Below, in pieces: positions 35,781 to 48,837 of a stretch of DNA of 64,000 bases. Position 1 is the stretch's first letter. The number at the start of each line of letters is the position of its first letter. The position numbers were made by a program, and so were the translations under genes. The notes beneath the pieces are model-generated. The model was not told where the DNA came from. It ran no database searches and worked only from the letters and a program-made list of their open reading frames with translations. The DNA is from Podarcis pityusensis (Eukaryota). The stretch lies in NCBI GenBank assembly GCA_964106645.2, contig OZ067049.1. One strand, given 5' to 3'.

Positions 35781-37199
35781 ATTTAAGTCAACAACCTACA
35801 AAGACTTGTAGTGGGCACTATACACTTACGCTTTTCACTTCATCTAATGGAGCCAATGAGCAATGTAGAAAAAAAAATGGGCTTGTTTTGGAGTTTTAGA
35901 TTTACTTATATTATAACGTATTTTGAGTGTTTTATTTTATATCTTTATGTTGTGAGCTGCCATGAGATATCTGGATGAAAGTCGGTATACAAATTTAATA
36001 AAAATAAATAAATAAATAAATAGGTATATTAATCCTTCCTGGGATGTCTGGTCAACTCACTCATCAGAAACACTTATTTACTTCTGGTAAAATTACTAGA
36101 GAACCGCATATTTATTGTGGAATGAATAGAGGATTTTAATCATTTCAACTTCTCAATAATTTTAACACATTCTGATGGGCAGATCTGAAAGTTGCATTTC
36201 ACTCTATAAACCATAACATATACAAATTCAAATGCCTTATGAAATTCAAAACAAATTCCAAACATGGACCCAGTTTCAGAATATCAAATGCCCCTATTTT
36301 GCATAACATAATAATGACAAACATCTAAAATAAAATACTAAATGAAAATAGATCCAATGTTTGTACTTGAGTTACTTCAAACTAATTTAAATTCAAAGTT
36401 CTGCCAAAGGGGCAAGTAGTCATCCAAAACCACAAATATTAATATTTGTAAAGTTCTGTTTGTTTATACTTTCTTCATTATTAAAGCACACATGTCAACA
36501 GGAACAGTTTTCCTTACTCAGTAGTAGTATTAACACAGTCTGATTCTCTACGAATCCGGTGGAAATTAAAACACCGACTTGCCTTGTAAGAGCTTGTATA
36601 CAATTTACTTAGACATTTGTTTTAATTAGGAAATTAGTTTTATCTCAGGGCAGCTGCCATCAGCATGCACACCAGGCAACAATTTCAGAGATTCATAAAA
36701 TTGAAGAATTGGAAGGGACCAAACAAACTGTTACCCCTAACAAACTGAAATTAAGCTACCAAATTGAGGTTGGCTGATGGGTACTTGGAAGAAAAGATGG
36801 CAGTGACCTCTCCATTCAGCAACTAATATGCATATGTAGTTGTTAAGAGTGTGTGCTCCTGATGCATCATATTCCCATGGGTTCTTCAACCAACAATGCA
36901 CTGGCAGGGGAAAACAGCTTCACAGCAGAATCTGCCCCACTTCTATGCCAGAATGTCTGGATCTCAGGTCAACCTGTGAGCCTCTAGATGCTGCTCTTGA
37001 TCGGCCCCAGCCAGCACAACCAAGGGACGGAGATGGTGTGACTTGGGAGTCTGGCAACAGGTCAAGGATTGCCCACTACTGACAGCATCAATGCATCGCG
37101 GATACCAGAAGCATATGGGCTGCATGCTGTAAATCAAGAATTTGGGGGCGGGAGGGGAGACTATACAGAGCAACTGGTCACACAGCAACTTCTGAAGAT

Positions 37200-38215
37200 G
37201 CCAGACACAACTCCATTGTGTTCTACAACTTAAGGCATGGGTAGGCAAACTAAGGCCTGGGGGTCAGATCTGGCCCAATCACCTTCTAAATGCGGCCCAC
37301 GGATGGTCCAGGAATCAGCGTGTTTTTACATGAGTAGAATGTGTCCTTTTATTTAAAATGCATCTCTGGGTTATTTGTGGGGCATAGGAATTCGTTCATT
37401 ATTATTTTTTTCAAAATGTAGTCCGGCCCCCCACAAGGTCTGAGGGACAGTGGACCAACACCCTGCTGAAAAAAATTGCTGACTCCTGACTTAAGGGCTG
37501 CCACAGAGAATGCCTTTTCCCAGGCCACCTTCTCAAACGTCTTAGCATGATGGAAGAAGCAAGAGGACCCGCCCTCCTCTGCCAATCTTAACACCCAATG
37601 GGGTTTGTAGGGAAGGAGATGGTCTTTCAGCTATTTGGAGCCTGAGTCATTCTGGGCTTTAAACACTTTAACACGAGCACCTTGAATTGGGCCTGGAATT
37701 AAACCAGCAACCAGCGCAGCTGTTCTAAAAGAGGGGTTAGATGAGATCTAAACAGAATGCCAGCCAGTAACCTGGCTGCTGCATTTTGGACCACTTGAAG
37801 TTTCTAAGTCATCTTTAAAGGCACATTGCAGTACTCCAGTCTGGAAGCTACCAGAGCATGGAGTACAGCGGCCAAGTCGTTTCTGTCCAAAAGGGGTTGT
37901 AGCTGGTGAATCAGCCATAGCTGGAAAAGCACTCATCTCCACAGACGTCACCTGAGCCTCCAATGGCAGCACTGAATCCAGGAGAATCGCCAAACTGTTT
38001 CTTCCAAGGGAGGGCAAGACCATACAGGACAGGCTGTCTCTCCACCTCCTGGACATGAGAACTTGGGACTCTGTCTCTTTAGGATTGAGCTTCTGTTTAT
38101 TGGCCCACTTCCAGTTCATCACCACCTCCAAGCACTGCTCTGACACCTCAGCTACCACTCTTGATTCAGACGGAACAGAGAGACAGAGCTGGATATCATT
38201 TTCATTACAGAGCCT
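37200..38215 (-). mobile_element. Old L2-like LINE ORF2 fragment
   Basis: Degenerate WANKQKLNPKETE, RLEYCN-like and AFSVAA motifs on the minus strand. Confidence 0.7.
37236..37488 (-). mobile_element. hAT-Charlie MITE (OposCharlie1/nhAT1-like), nested in L2
   Basis: Perfect 8-bp TSD acttaagg; termini catgggtaggcaaac / aattgctgactcctg. Confidence 0.85.
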
Positions 38216-39033
38216 TTGGTGAATGCTGAAGACCCTGGAATTTTGCACCTGAAATGTATATTTTTAGGGGAGGGAGCAACCCTTATTTCTGTGGTTGTGA
38301 ATTATTTTAAACTCTTTTTAACATGTTGCTGTAACCCAGCCTGAGACCTTAGGGTGAAGGGTGGGTAATTAACAGCAAGAACAAGAAGTAGAAGTTGGTT
38401 AATTTATTTAGCTAATCTTCAACTCGCCAACAGTATCGAATTGTCATTACCACCATACCGAGAGCAATTTAAACTCAATGAGAGCTAAGTACGGAGGGAG
38501 GAAAAGCTGTTTTCAAGAAAGGGTTGCTTCCCCCTCTTCTTGGCTGGAGAAAGTATTTTAGGGCTTTATTTCCCATAAATCCACATCCCAGCAGTCAGCA
38601 TTCTCAGTACTTATATTTCAATAGCAGCTGTTGCAAAATCACTTCCTCGGCAATACGCTTCATTCGCCTATCTGTTTTCTGCTGGTAAATCTCTCTAATG
38701 CTTTGTTACAATACAGCTGCACTTAAGCTGCGCGTTCCGTCCGCTGCCGTATGTATAGCAGATCATTACATAGCCAGAATAATGTGAAACAAGTAAATCC
38801 GGACAGCAGCACAGGCAATGCTATGTTTTATCACCCTTTTCATCGCTCGCACCGGGAAGTGTGGACACTTTCCTCCTACTGTTATCCTTGGAGCATCTTA
38901 ATTTGGGGCTTCATAAAGCAATGGTTTACCAACAGTGGGCAGGGTTAAGTGGAATTCCCAGAAGAGGTTTAGGGGGCCACGGGGGGCATCCGTGGGGAGG
39001 AGAGGGAGCGAGTTCCGTTGCACGAGAGGACTT

Positions 39034-39177
39034 AGAATCATAAAACCACAGACTTGTGGAGTTGTAGTCCAACCCCCTGATATGCATGAATCCAGTCCAC
39101 AGCCATCCCTGGGTGGGCTCCAACCAGCAACCTTCTGGTTAACAGCCAGATGCACTGACCCATTGTGCCACAGAGTC
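39034..39177 (-). mobile_element. tRNA-Asn(GTT)-derived SINE with CR1-like 3' tail
   Basis: Head gactctgtggcacaatgggtcagtgcatctggctGTTaaccagaaggttgctggttggagcccacccagggatg; tail gggggttggactac...tatgattct. Confidence 0.75.
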
Positions 39178-42100
39178 TTGCATAGCCTACAGGGATCATG
39201 TATCAATTCTGTCATTTGTATTGATGTAAATGTATTTTGTACAGCTAACTATTTAGCTGTATCCCCAGTATATTTTATCTTATTGCTATGGCTATTGGCT
39301 AATGCAAATAAAGTTCCTATCTGTCTGTCTGTCTATCTACAGGGAACTCTGGTGTTCCTTAGAAGCCAATTAGATGGATTTTGCAATGAGATAAAACAAC
39401 ACAAGCTTGTCACTATTAGCGCTAATTGTCTCTTAAATTGTGTATAGAAGGAAGTTAGGTTTGCTCCAGAATGAGCTTGAAGACGAAGGAGGGCACTAGG
39501 TCTAGGATGATCACCCCGATCCCCACAATTACTCTGTCATACTCAGGAGGAGGAAGTTTCAGGGGACAGTATTAACAGGAAAAGTATTTCTCATTTCAGG
39601 GATGGAAAGAGCACATAGGCACATAGGCATGCTGACTGTGGTGTTACCTCTTTTATTAACGCTTCATCACTAAGAAAACACTCTTCCCCTTAGATCTGCT
39701 TGCTGTTTAGTCCAAGAATGACCACTGCAAGGAAGCTTGCAAAGCAAATTTCAGTTACACTCAGAGAGACTTGGACAGCTGAGCACCAGCATTATGTTGA
39801 GGATCAGGCTGACAGTCTCTTTTGTACAGAGCAGCGGTGAATCAGAGTACGGGTAGTGTTTCAATCTAATGGAGCTTGTCAAACAATTAACACTAGTGCT
39901 AATTACATGTAATCCCTGTCTCCAGAGTGCTTAGAGGAATCCTTCAGTCATCTAAATTAGAAGTTCAATTTTGGAAACAACATCAGTGGGATGAAATTTA
40001 AATTGATCGTTTCCCTCTCTTGGAACTGAAATTAGCAGAATTGTTACATTTTAGAAAACGCTTTAAAAGCACAGTTCATTCCAAGGTGGCAAATAGGTAC
40101 ATACCAAATGGCTGCATTTAAGCTATCAAGTCCCTATTGAATAAACTGAAGTAGATCATGAGCATCTTTTGGTGAGAACGGAGAGACAAGCCAGGAAGCT
40201 GCATTTAAGCACAGCTCCCTGTTACAGCTGAATCAGGAAATTATAGTTAATGGTTCCCAAGCAAACCAGGATAGGAAGCCATAGTTTAAGCTGGCTTCCA
40301 GATCATGCCTTGCTTGGAAGCCAATAAGCATCGTTTTCCAGTTCAAATGCAATGGGGAGCTATGGTTAATTAAGGACCCCCGCCCTTGCTCTAGCCTTCC
40401 CTGACCTATCACATGATTCTCTTCTCGCAAAAATGTTAGGATCCTGCTTGGAGGGAGAGACTGGTGTACTATTGAGAGGAGGTATCCAATTCTCAATGGC
40501 TATTATCCCACCCACAATACTTTATATCGTCCAGAGCTCCTGGCAAGGAAAGATGCTCTGGTCTCTGGTTCAAATTATAAGACAGAGGTACCAAGAGGGA
40601 GGGAGCAAACGAGGTATAAGACGCAGCAGGGCGTATGGAAGGAGGAGATACCAGTTCAGTTCGAACTTCAGCACCACTCGCTAGGCTCAGTTTTTATATT
40701 GGTGGGGCAACAAGGGTTTTTTGCACCACTGGCGTTTGTGTTGTAAATATACACGGATATTGAGTCATTCTAATGGTCACCCATTTTAGACAGCAATTTC
40801 AAGCTAGAAGCTACTGAGGCAATAAAGGCGTACAGCGGTTTAAGGCAAATCGACCAATACCTGGACAGAGATTGCCTTGGTATTTACTCTTACTTCACTT
40901 AAATGGGACCTCTCAGTATTTACTGACTGACATTTTACAGCTTACAAAGCAATCTGCCTTTCTTGTCTGGTACTCTTCATCTACCAACGCAACGCCAAAC
41001 AGCTGACTATCCTGTTTCTAAAAATGGACTGTGCTGCAAACAGCATCCTGACAATTTAATAATTTGTCAGAGTGATCCAACCAGTTATTATGAAGCACAT
41101 ATTGTGGAGTTCAGAGGTAAAGGTCACCTACGTACTCACAAAGCAAAGATCAACCGGATTTGCTGACACTAAAAATCAAGGCAATTAAAATAATAATAAT
41201 CCAAGACAGTACTTGGCAGATTTTACAGCAAACATACAAATTCTATCATTATACTTGAAATTACAGCAGCTGAATTTTCAGAATATTTTTGTCTTGACCC
41301 AGCTTACTTGCTACCCAAGATTTCTATTTCATTTGGCCAAAGAGGCCGATAAATATAGATGTGAGTCTTGTGATGCATTAAAAATGCAGGAATTTCAGCC
41401 ACTGTGGAGGAGTCTATCTAGCTGGTTGAGTTGGATCAGAAAGAACTTCAGCTCTTTCCTGCCCCTTTATAAATTCCAATATTTAGTCAGAAAACGCCAA
41501 GGACCACCACACGCTGGCAATTACTTATTTCAGCTTCCACAACTTGAGAGATCAAGATCAGCAGCAAATACATGCATGTTCTTCAAAAACAAAGATTCCA
41601 AGCCAGTGAAGGGATGAAAGACATCAACTCCAATTATCAACAGAACACCTCTCCAATTAATGTATTATCTTCAGCATTATAATTAACACGGGCAATGAGT
41701 AGTATATTAATTGAAAATTGACAATGCAAAGTCATAAACAAAATTTCATTTTCCTAGCAACAACCCATAGATGTATCATCTTCATTAATCATTTTCTTCT
41801 GTCACATTTTACCAATATTTCTTTATGACACTATATTTGGGTTTAACCCCGTAAGTTTAAACTATTAAGAAGTATGGGTAGTGATCAACAGTTTATTGGG
41901 AAGTTATATAGCCTTTCATTTTCTTTTGGAATTTTTAAACCTCTAGATAATATTGGTGCGTTTGCACTCTCTAAGTTCTGGATTCATTTAAGCTCCCAGG
42001 TTGAAAAATGTGGCAGCTCTTTGAGGGTTAACCAAAGAACACCTTTATTTGAGCTTTCCCACCTTCATTTAGCAAGCTTTCACCCTGTTATTTTTTAAGA

Positions 42101-44407
42101 TTAGACCCTCTTTTAAAGGCAGAAGGTTATGGCCTACAATAGCACTATTTGTCTTTTCCTCTTGCCTCAAAGCTCCACCGCCCTCCTGGGCTGGGGATGC
42201 CCTGTTATTTACAATGTATTATTATTGCAGGGTTGTCATCATCTGCCAAGTGCTCCATTCAAAACTTGCTGAACTTAATTGCAGTGTGAAATGGGCAAGA
42301 AGGGTTCTGTTAGTTAGTAACATACCCATCGGTCAAAGAAGATCACTGTTTCTGCTACACCTTTCAAGAGCCTTTCAAGAGCATATATTGTTCGGTGCCA
42401 CAAAAGCAACCAATATCAGGAAACAGTCGTTTTGGTCAAAGAGCAAGCATCGAGTTCAACATCTGATGATTAACAATATTCCTGTTTCAGTTGAATACTG
42501 TAACACAGAGCTTTCCGAACTTTTCATGTTGGTGACACACTTTTTAGACGTGCATCATTTCACGACACAGTAATTCAGTTTTACTAGGAAACCGGAGGTT
42601 AAACTAACCCCTTTCCAGCCCCTGGAGGAGTGTGGGGAACATTTGCGGGACACACCTGCACACTGCAGCCGACATGCTAACAAAACTGATAATTTGACTG
42701 GCACTTTCGAGTGCTCAAAAGTGCTTTGTGTACAGTGTAGCAGAGTATCACTGAAACATCACAGCATGCTCTAACCAGACACTGAAAGCAGATACTCTCC
42801 ATACTAGCTTGCAGCAAAATAGTAGAATGTTAAAACCATACAGTGGCACAGGTGAGGGTTATTTGTCATTTTTTGGTCCCACCCTTCTTTCCATGAAGCT
42901 CAGGTTAGCACAGGTAGGCTTAACTCAATTTATCATTGAAACAACCCTACTGGTCTGAGAGTCAAAGGCTAAGAGCTAAAGGCTGCTTAGCTCCAAGTCC
43001 AAGCCCTCTTGATCACATCAGCAACACTCAAAACACTTCCACCAGGCTTTCACAAGGCACACTCTTGTACTTTTTTTAGTGTAACATTCCTATAATAAGT
43101 GAACTAACCATTATTTCTGAAACCAGAAATAACCCATCGCGTAATTAGAGGCAAACTGTATACATCTTGTTACTGATCAGACTTTTCTAAAATCTTCTTA
43201 TGGCGTTAAATTTCACATACCTTGTTCAATGAACTCTGAACCCATTATGCCATTTATACATTTAAAAGGTCAAGGACCAGTAAAAAGTAATCATGGTCAC
43301 AATTTTATGCAGCCTAACATTCAATATATTTGCACTCATAGTGTTATAGCACAAATTAAAGTTTAAAGTTCTGTTTATTTTTAATAAATCATGGGATGCC
43401 ACCCTAAGCAACACAACCTCCAGAAAACAAGCCTCAGTCAATTCTGGGGGACTTCATTCTGAAAAAATAGATCACAGCCCTATTATCGCCTTAAATATTT
43501 AGGGCTATGCTTCCTTAATTCGGAGGGATTTTTAAAATTTGGGAACTTTTGATGGGAAAATGACACCAGCTGTTGGAAAACTAAAAAAGCCTGCATTCCT
43601 TAATGTGAATTCTGTTTAAAATCAATTCAAATAACACATTTCCAAAAGTACAAGCTATTCTCAGGTTTTGGAAAATACAAAGTATTAGTCCAGTTTCCTG
43701 TTCACTGAGACTGAAGTCTCAGCCTGGTTAAATGACACATAACACTCATCCAAACCATGACTTAGAGCAAATAAACAAATGTGTGGGCTCACAGCCACTC
43801 AACTCTTCCCAATCCGGCTGCCACTATACTATCGGAGCTAAGCCATCCTATGGCTCTGTTAGGTCCAACTCCATGCTCATGGCTCGTTTCCCCCAGAGAA
43901 GCTGTAGCGTGTAAATTAAGAACAAACTTTGCAGTTCCTGGTTTGTTTGGAGCAAAACAAACTATGAGCTTGGGTCAAATGCTTCAGAAACTGGCAGAGC
44001 AGTGCAGACATCCTTCTAAGCCACCTCCCCCAGATTGCGGTGCTCTGAGGCAGATCCCGTTCCCTTTCTTAGAGCAAGGCAGAGAGATGGGGGAGCAGCA
44101 TGAGGAACAGCAAAACAGTAAAAGTAAGAAAAGGATAGATCAGAGAAGTGTGCAAGGCCACCTCTTGCATCGACTCTGCTTCCGATTCTTCCATGTTTGG
44201 CAGTTAGGCAAACAGTAGTAGTTTTGCCAAGGGGGGAAACAGATGCTGGTACCTGTATTTTATCTCCCCATAATTTTCCTTTGAAAGCATCCCTGAATTA
44301 CCTGATGGGGGGGGGACAAACCCCAGGGAAATATGTGCACATGTTCCTTTAGAACTTTAACTTTGCCTGTCGAGAACGGACACAGTATTATGAAATGAGA
44401 AACTTAC

Positions 44408-44473
44408 TTTGTTCCCTCCAGTTACAAACTGCTTGCAGTGTGATCTCACAAACTGAGGGTGAACAGCGACAAT
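44408..44473 (-). CDS. VPS41: VPS41 exon 7 equivalent, IVAVHPQFVRSHCKQFVTGGNK
   Basis: 66 nt, cag/gtaagt, phase 0-0. Confidence 0.97.
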
Positions 44474-44574
44474 CTGAACATAAAGAAGGAAAACAATGCG
44501 TTATTACTGATATCGTTCTTGTGTGGTTTTATGAGCTGCAGAATTATTTAGGTATTATTATTATTATGATTAAA

Positions 44575-44831
44575 ATTCATTAAATTTCTATACTGCCCTT
44601 CATCCAAGGATCACAGGGCAGTTTACAATCTAAAAAAACAAAGATACATTATCATAACAAAGAAAAACAATACTCCCCAATGCATATTTTAACACAGATT
44701 GTTTAATAAATCAAAGGCCTGGTTATAGAAAAATATTTTTGGCCGGCGCCAAAAGATATGTAATGAAGGCGCCAGGCGAGCCACCCTGGGGAGAACACCC
44801 CACAAGCAAGTAGCCACCACAGAAAAGACCC
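44575..44831 (-). mobile_element. L2-like LINE 3' end
   Basis: Reverse strand gives gtcttttctgtggtggct (FSVVA) and tail gtaaactgccctgtgatcc...gggcagtatagaaattta. Confidence 0.65.
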
Positions 44832-45515
44832 TACAATTATTCCGGTACAGAGTCCGTGGTCCTACTTACTATAACCCCACATACTATCTTAAATCAAATT
44901 CTACACCCTTCAGCTAGTTTGCTTTCGCAGAATTATCACATATTGTTGGCTTGTGATTTGCTTCTCATTGTTGCTTTCTTTGGCTTGTCTACCGAGCATG
45001 TTTCTGAAACATTCCACATTATTTTGGGGTGGGAAGAAGAAGTAACTGGCCAGGAAAGCCCTTGCAGGAGGAGTCGCCAGCATGGTGCCTGCGGGTGAAG
45101 AGATGCCTTTGAGGCACCTTTTCAAGGCGCAGATTATTCTATTGGATCTGACTTTGACCCACATCCCTTGGAGAGGAAACATTTGTGTGCATTTGTGCTC
45201 TGCCCTTCTACTTTTCCGTGGGGCAGGTTGATCTGGGGGGCGGTGGGGATAGGTGAGCAGAGGAGGATGGCACCCACAGCACTCCCTCTGAATTCCAAAT
45301 GTGCCCATGGACCTAAAAAGCAAGCAGAAAGAGGACAAATCCCTCTGCTTTGCAGAGGAATCACGGAGAAACACCATCATTGTCCATACCAAAACTTTTG
45401 AATGAAATCTATGATATATTCATGTTCTTTTTCTTTTTTTGGAGAAAAGAAATAGTCATGGCTATTTGCTGAATGCAACAATAGTACATTTGTTAAGACT
45501 TAACTAAGCTCTTAC

Positions 45516-45578
45516 TTTAATAGGGCAATCAAATGTTTCGTGGAATTCTTCCCCTGTGTACAATCCAAACACCTGCAC
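45516..45578 (-). CDS. VPS41: VPS41 exon 6 equivalent, VQVFGLYTGEEFHETFDCPIK
   Basis: 63 nt, cag/gtaaga, phase 0-0. Confidence 0.97.
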
Positions 45579-46593
45579 CTGAAATTAAAGGATATGCTTT
45601 TAAAACCATATTAAAATGTCTATGATTTATCCCACTTCAGAAGTCAAAAGGTGAGTGTAAATGGCAACAGCAAATACATCATAGTTTGGGTTTTTTAAAA
45701 AACAAAAACAAATATATTTGCAGCACACTGTAATAGTTTAAAATTATCCAAAGCTTTCCTTGATTCCATTAAAGTATTTAATGGAAACACGAAAGTGCTT
45801 CTATGCAATTAAGCTGCTAGAACCACCAGAAGGACAAAGGACTCTCCACGCTTTATGCCAAACACTTCTATTGAATTGATAACCACCTGACTAAAACAGA
45901 AAATAATTTCCATTTCTACAATAAATAGAACATAAATGGAAACCTTCTATTATCTCAGAGGCTCTGCTTTTCTACCATTATACATATTTTCATTATGTTT
46001 TAAAATGCAGCTTCAAGGGTACTAAATGCTAACATATTTACCTTGTGGAATACTCCCAGTTACATTTCAGTCATATCATCATATCATATATTTGTCCCTA
46101 ATAACCACCAAGCAAAGCTTTTAAATGTTGAGATAATACAGTGGTGAATATCTGAATGACAGGCCCCCAAATGCATAGCAAGAAATGTGCTGTAACCCTT
46201 TTCGCAACACCTCCTGTTTTCCCAGTTACTAATTCAGCAGGATAAAACGTTGAATTAGGATTGGCGGAGCAGTTGCAATCCCATCTCAATACAAGGGTGT
46301 TCAGTTTTGGGCAAAACACTATCCCTTAGCCTAATCTATTTCACAGGATGGCTGAAAGAATAAAAGGAGGGAAACAGACACCCTACCATTCCGCCAAAGC
46401 GTTTAGAACAGTGTGGAAACTGGAAAATGTGAAAAGGCATTCACATGTTCCTGTATGCACAACAGGAATAATACAGTGCAGAAAGACTCGTGGGTCTTTG
46501 TGCAAAAATACCCACAATCATATCCAAGTTCTGAAACCTCAGTTGGTCCAAAATGCTGCAGCTACACTATAGGCAATTTTGTGGAGTATATTA

Positions 46594-46934
46594 AAAGGTA
46601 AAGGGACCCCTGACCATTAGGTCCAGTCGTGGCCGACTCTGGGGTTGCAGCGCTCATCTCGCTTTATTGGCCAAGGGAGCTGGCGCACAGCTTCCGGGTC
46701 ATGTGGCCAGCATGACTAAGCCGCTTCTGGCGAACCAGAGCAGTGCACGGAAATGCCGTTTACCTTCCCGCCAGAGCGGTACCTATTTATCTACTTGCAC
46801 TTTCGAACTGCTAGGTTGGCAGGAGCAGGGACCGAGCAACGGGAGCTCACCCCGTCGTGGGGATTCAAACCGCCGACCTTCTGATCGGCAAGTCCTAGGC
46901 TCAGTGGTTTAACCCACAGCACCACCCAGGTCCC
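46594..46934 (-). mobile_element. Full-length Sauria SINE
   Basis: Reverse complement of the 34301 copy; 14-bp TSD tgtggag(t/a)atatta. Confidence 0.93.
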
Positions 46935-48762
46935 TGTGGAGAATATTATTCCACTGCTATTCCATCTGCACTGGCTTTCCATTTATTTCCAAGCACGTTA
47001 CCTTTAACACTGCCAGCAGCCTGGTGCCAAATTATCTCCTCCCACAAGTGCCTGCCTGTTCACTCAGATCTTCTGGACTTTGGGGTGATTTTGCTCCATG
47101 TCCTGCCACCATGAGAGGCATAATGGGCAAGGCTCCAGGGGAGTCCAGGCTGTGAAACCTCCTGACCCTTTCAGCTATGGCCTTTGGATGCTGCACCAAA
47201 ACGCTTTTACTTCTGCGGGCTTGTGGTATGGCTGGCTCCTAAATCTGCCGTGTTCTTTCATACCTTTTGTTCTTATCTCCTTGTCTGATTGTTTGTGAAA
47301 ATACACGGCTGCTAGTCAACTTGAGCATCTCAGTGTGGTTGGAAAGGTGAGCTATAACTACCCAAACTAAATGAATAAACTTGGAGAACTGAAATGTATG
47401 GCACTTGGAACCCCTGCCTGTCCTTCCAAGCATGTGTTGAGCCTTCAGTGTGCAAATGCACAGCCAATCTCAACTGCAAAAAAAAATATTTTTTAAATCT
47501 AAATACATCAAATCACACCAAAACTTTACTTCTTGAATATATAAGCACATCACTTTTGATTATCGTACACAATTATTGGCTTCTGTCTTATCTTGCCAGG
47601 ACAACTGCATTACTCTTAAGAGCCTCTCGCACTGGTTATAAAATTCTACAACCTCTTTTACCAGCAATAGTATCTCAATTATTGTGCCAATTATTGTAAC
47701 ATCAAGATTTCTTCGGAGGACAACACACTGGGAACCATAAACTTATTTATGGCATTTATTCGCTCACTAAAAGCACAGATTAAACGAGTTTACTACTCTT
47801 TGCTCCTGTGGGAAGAAAAATATATATACTTCAGTATTTATTTTAGTTTACTGTTCCTAAAAATCCTGCCTAAGAATGTGATTAGTAACAAATAGTGTTC
47901 TATCCAGTTAAGTGAGATGGATCTTGGGAAATGACGTTAATACACTGTGCCTGCTAGCAGAATTATTCCCAGAAAAAGCATCCTGAATAGGTTACGATTT
48001 GGAATTTTATTATCACAACCAATATTAGCAAAGACTGCCATGGTCTTAAAAGCAAACAAATGAACAAAGACATTCTAATAAGTGGGGAAATCGATCATCA
48101 AAATCACTAAAATGTCACAGCTCTTAACATTCCAGGAAAACAATGCTAATTGTTAGCTGTGCGGTACACAAAATGATGTATGTCTCCAGTCGAGGAAGAA
48201 GTTGCCACATTTTTAAGGAAACTGTACATGTATTATATGTATTGATTTCACATTTGTTTAAAGGAGCAACTGCAAGGCACTATATTGCTCTGATAAACTA
48301 TGACTGCTTATCAAAAGATTTCTGAGGAAACAATCATAAGGTGCTTTTTAAAAAAACAACCAGAACCAAAACCACCAGCCCAAAGAAATCTTGCCCACAA
48401 AAATCCAATTTTGTGGATTTATAGCAGAGAAACATTAAGCTACTGTCTTGCAGGAACATCAGACTAGTCAGTGAAGTATAACTGGCACAGTAGTAATGAT
48501 TACAGTGACAAGTCCCTGTGCCACAGCTGTTAATCAGTTTAATACCAGTAACATTATTGACATTTCTTGTAATTACTTTTCCTTAGGCACATTTGGGCCA
48601 AATATATTTGACTTTAATTATGAGGGGGGTTTTGTAAGTGAGTCAGGTACTAAAACACAAAGATCCAGGTGCTGTTGTTATAGGATTTTGCTGTACAGAG
48701 ATCTCCTGAGGACTTGGAAAGTGGCACATCACCATTTCATGCTAAATGTGGAAAAGTCATAC

Positions 48763-48837
48763 CTTGCCATCTTCAGAGCAAACACCCATGTGTTCTCCAC
48801 TTTCATCCAGGCTAATTTGATTTATCTTAACTGGACT
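48763..48837 (-). CDS. VPS41: VPS41 exon 5 equivalent, SPVKINQISLDESGEHMGVCSEDGK
   Basis: 75 nt, cag/gtatga, phase 0-0; identical to the recalled human peptide. Confidence 0.97.

Noticed and set aside
39104-39177. Functional tRNA-Asn gene
   Set aside because: The T-loop reads GGTTGGA instead of GGTTCGA, the acceptor and T stems have mismatches, and it is fused to a CR1 tail.
38935-39447. 170-aa plus-strand ORF
   Set aside because: It crosses a MITE remnant, an antisense SINE and a LINE-like tail; no recognisable domain.
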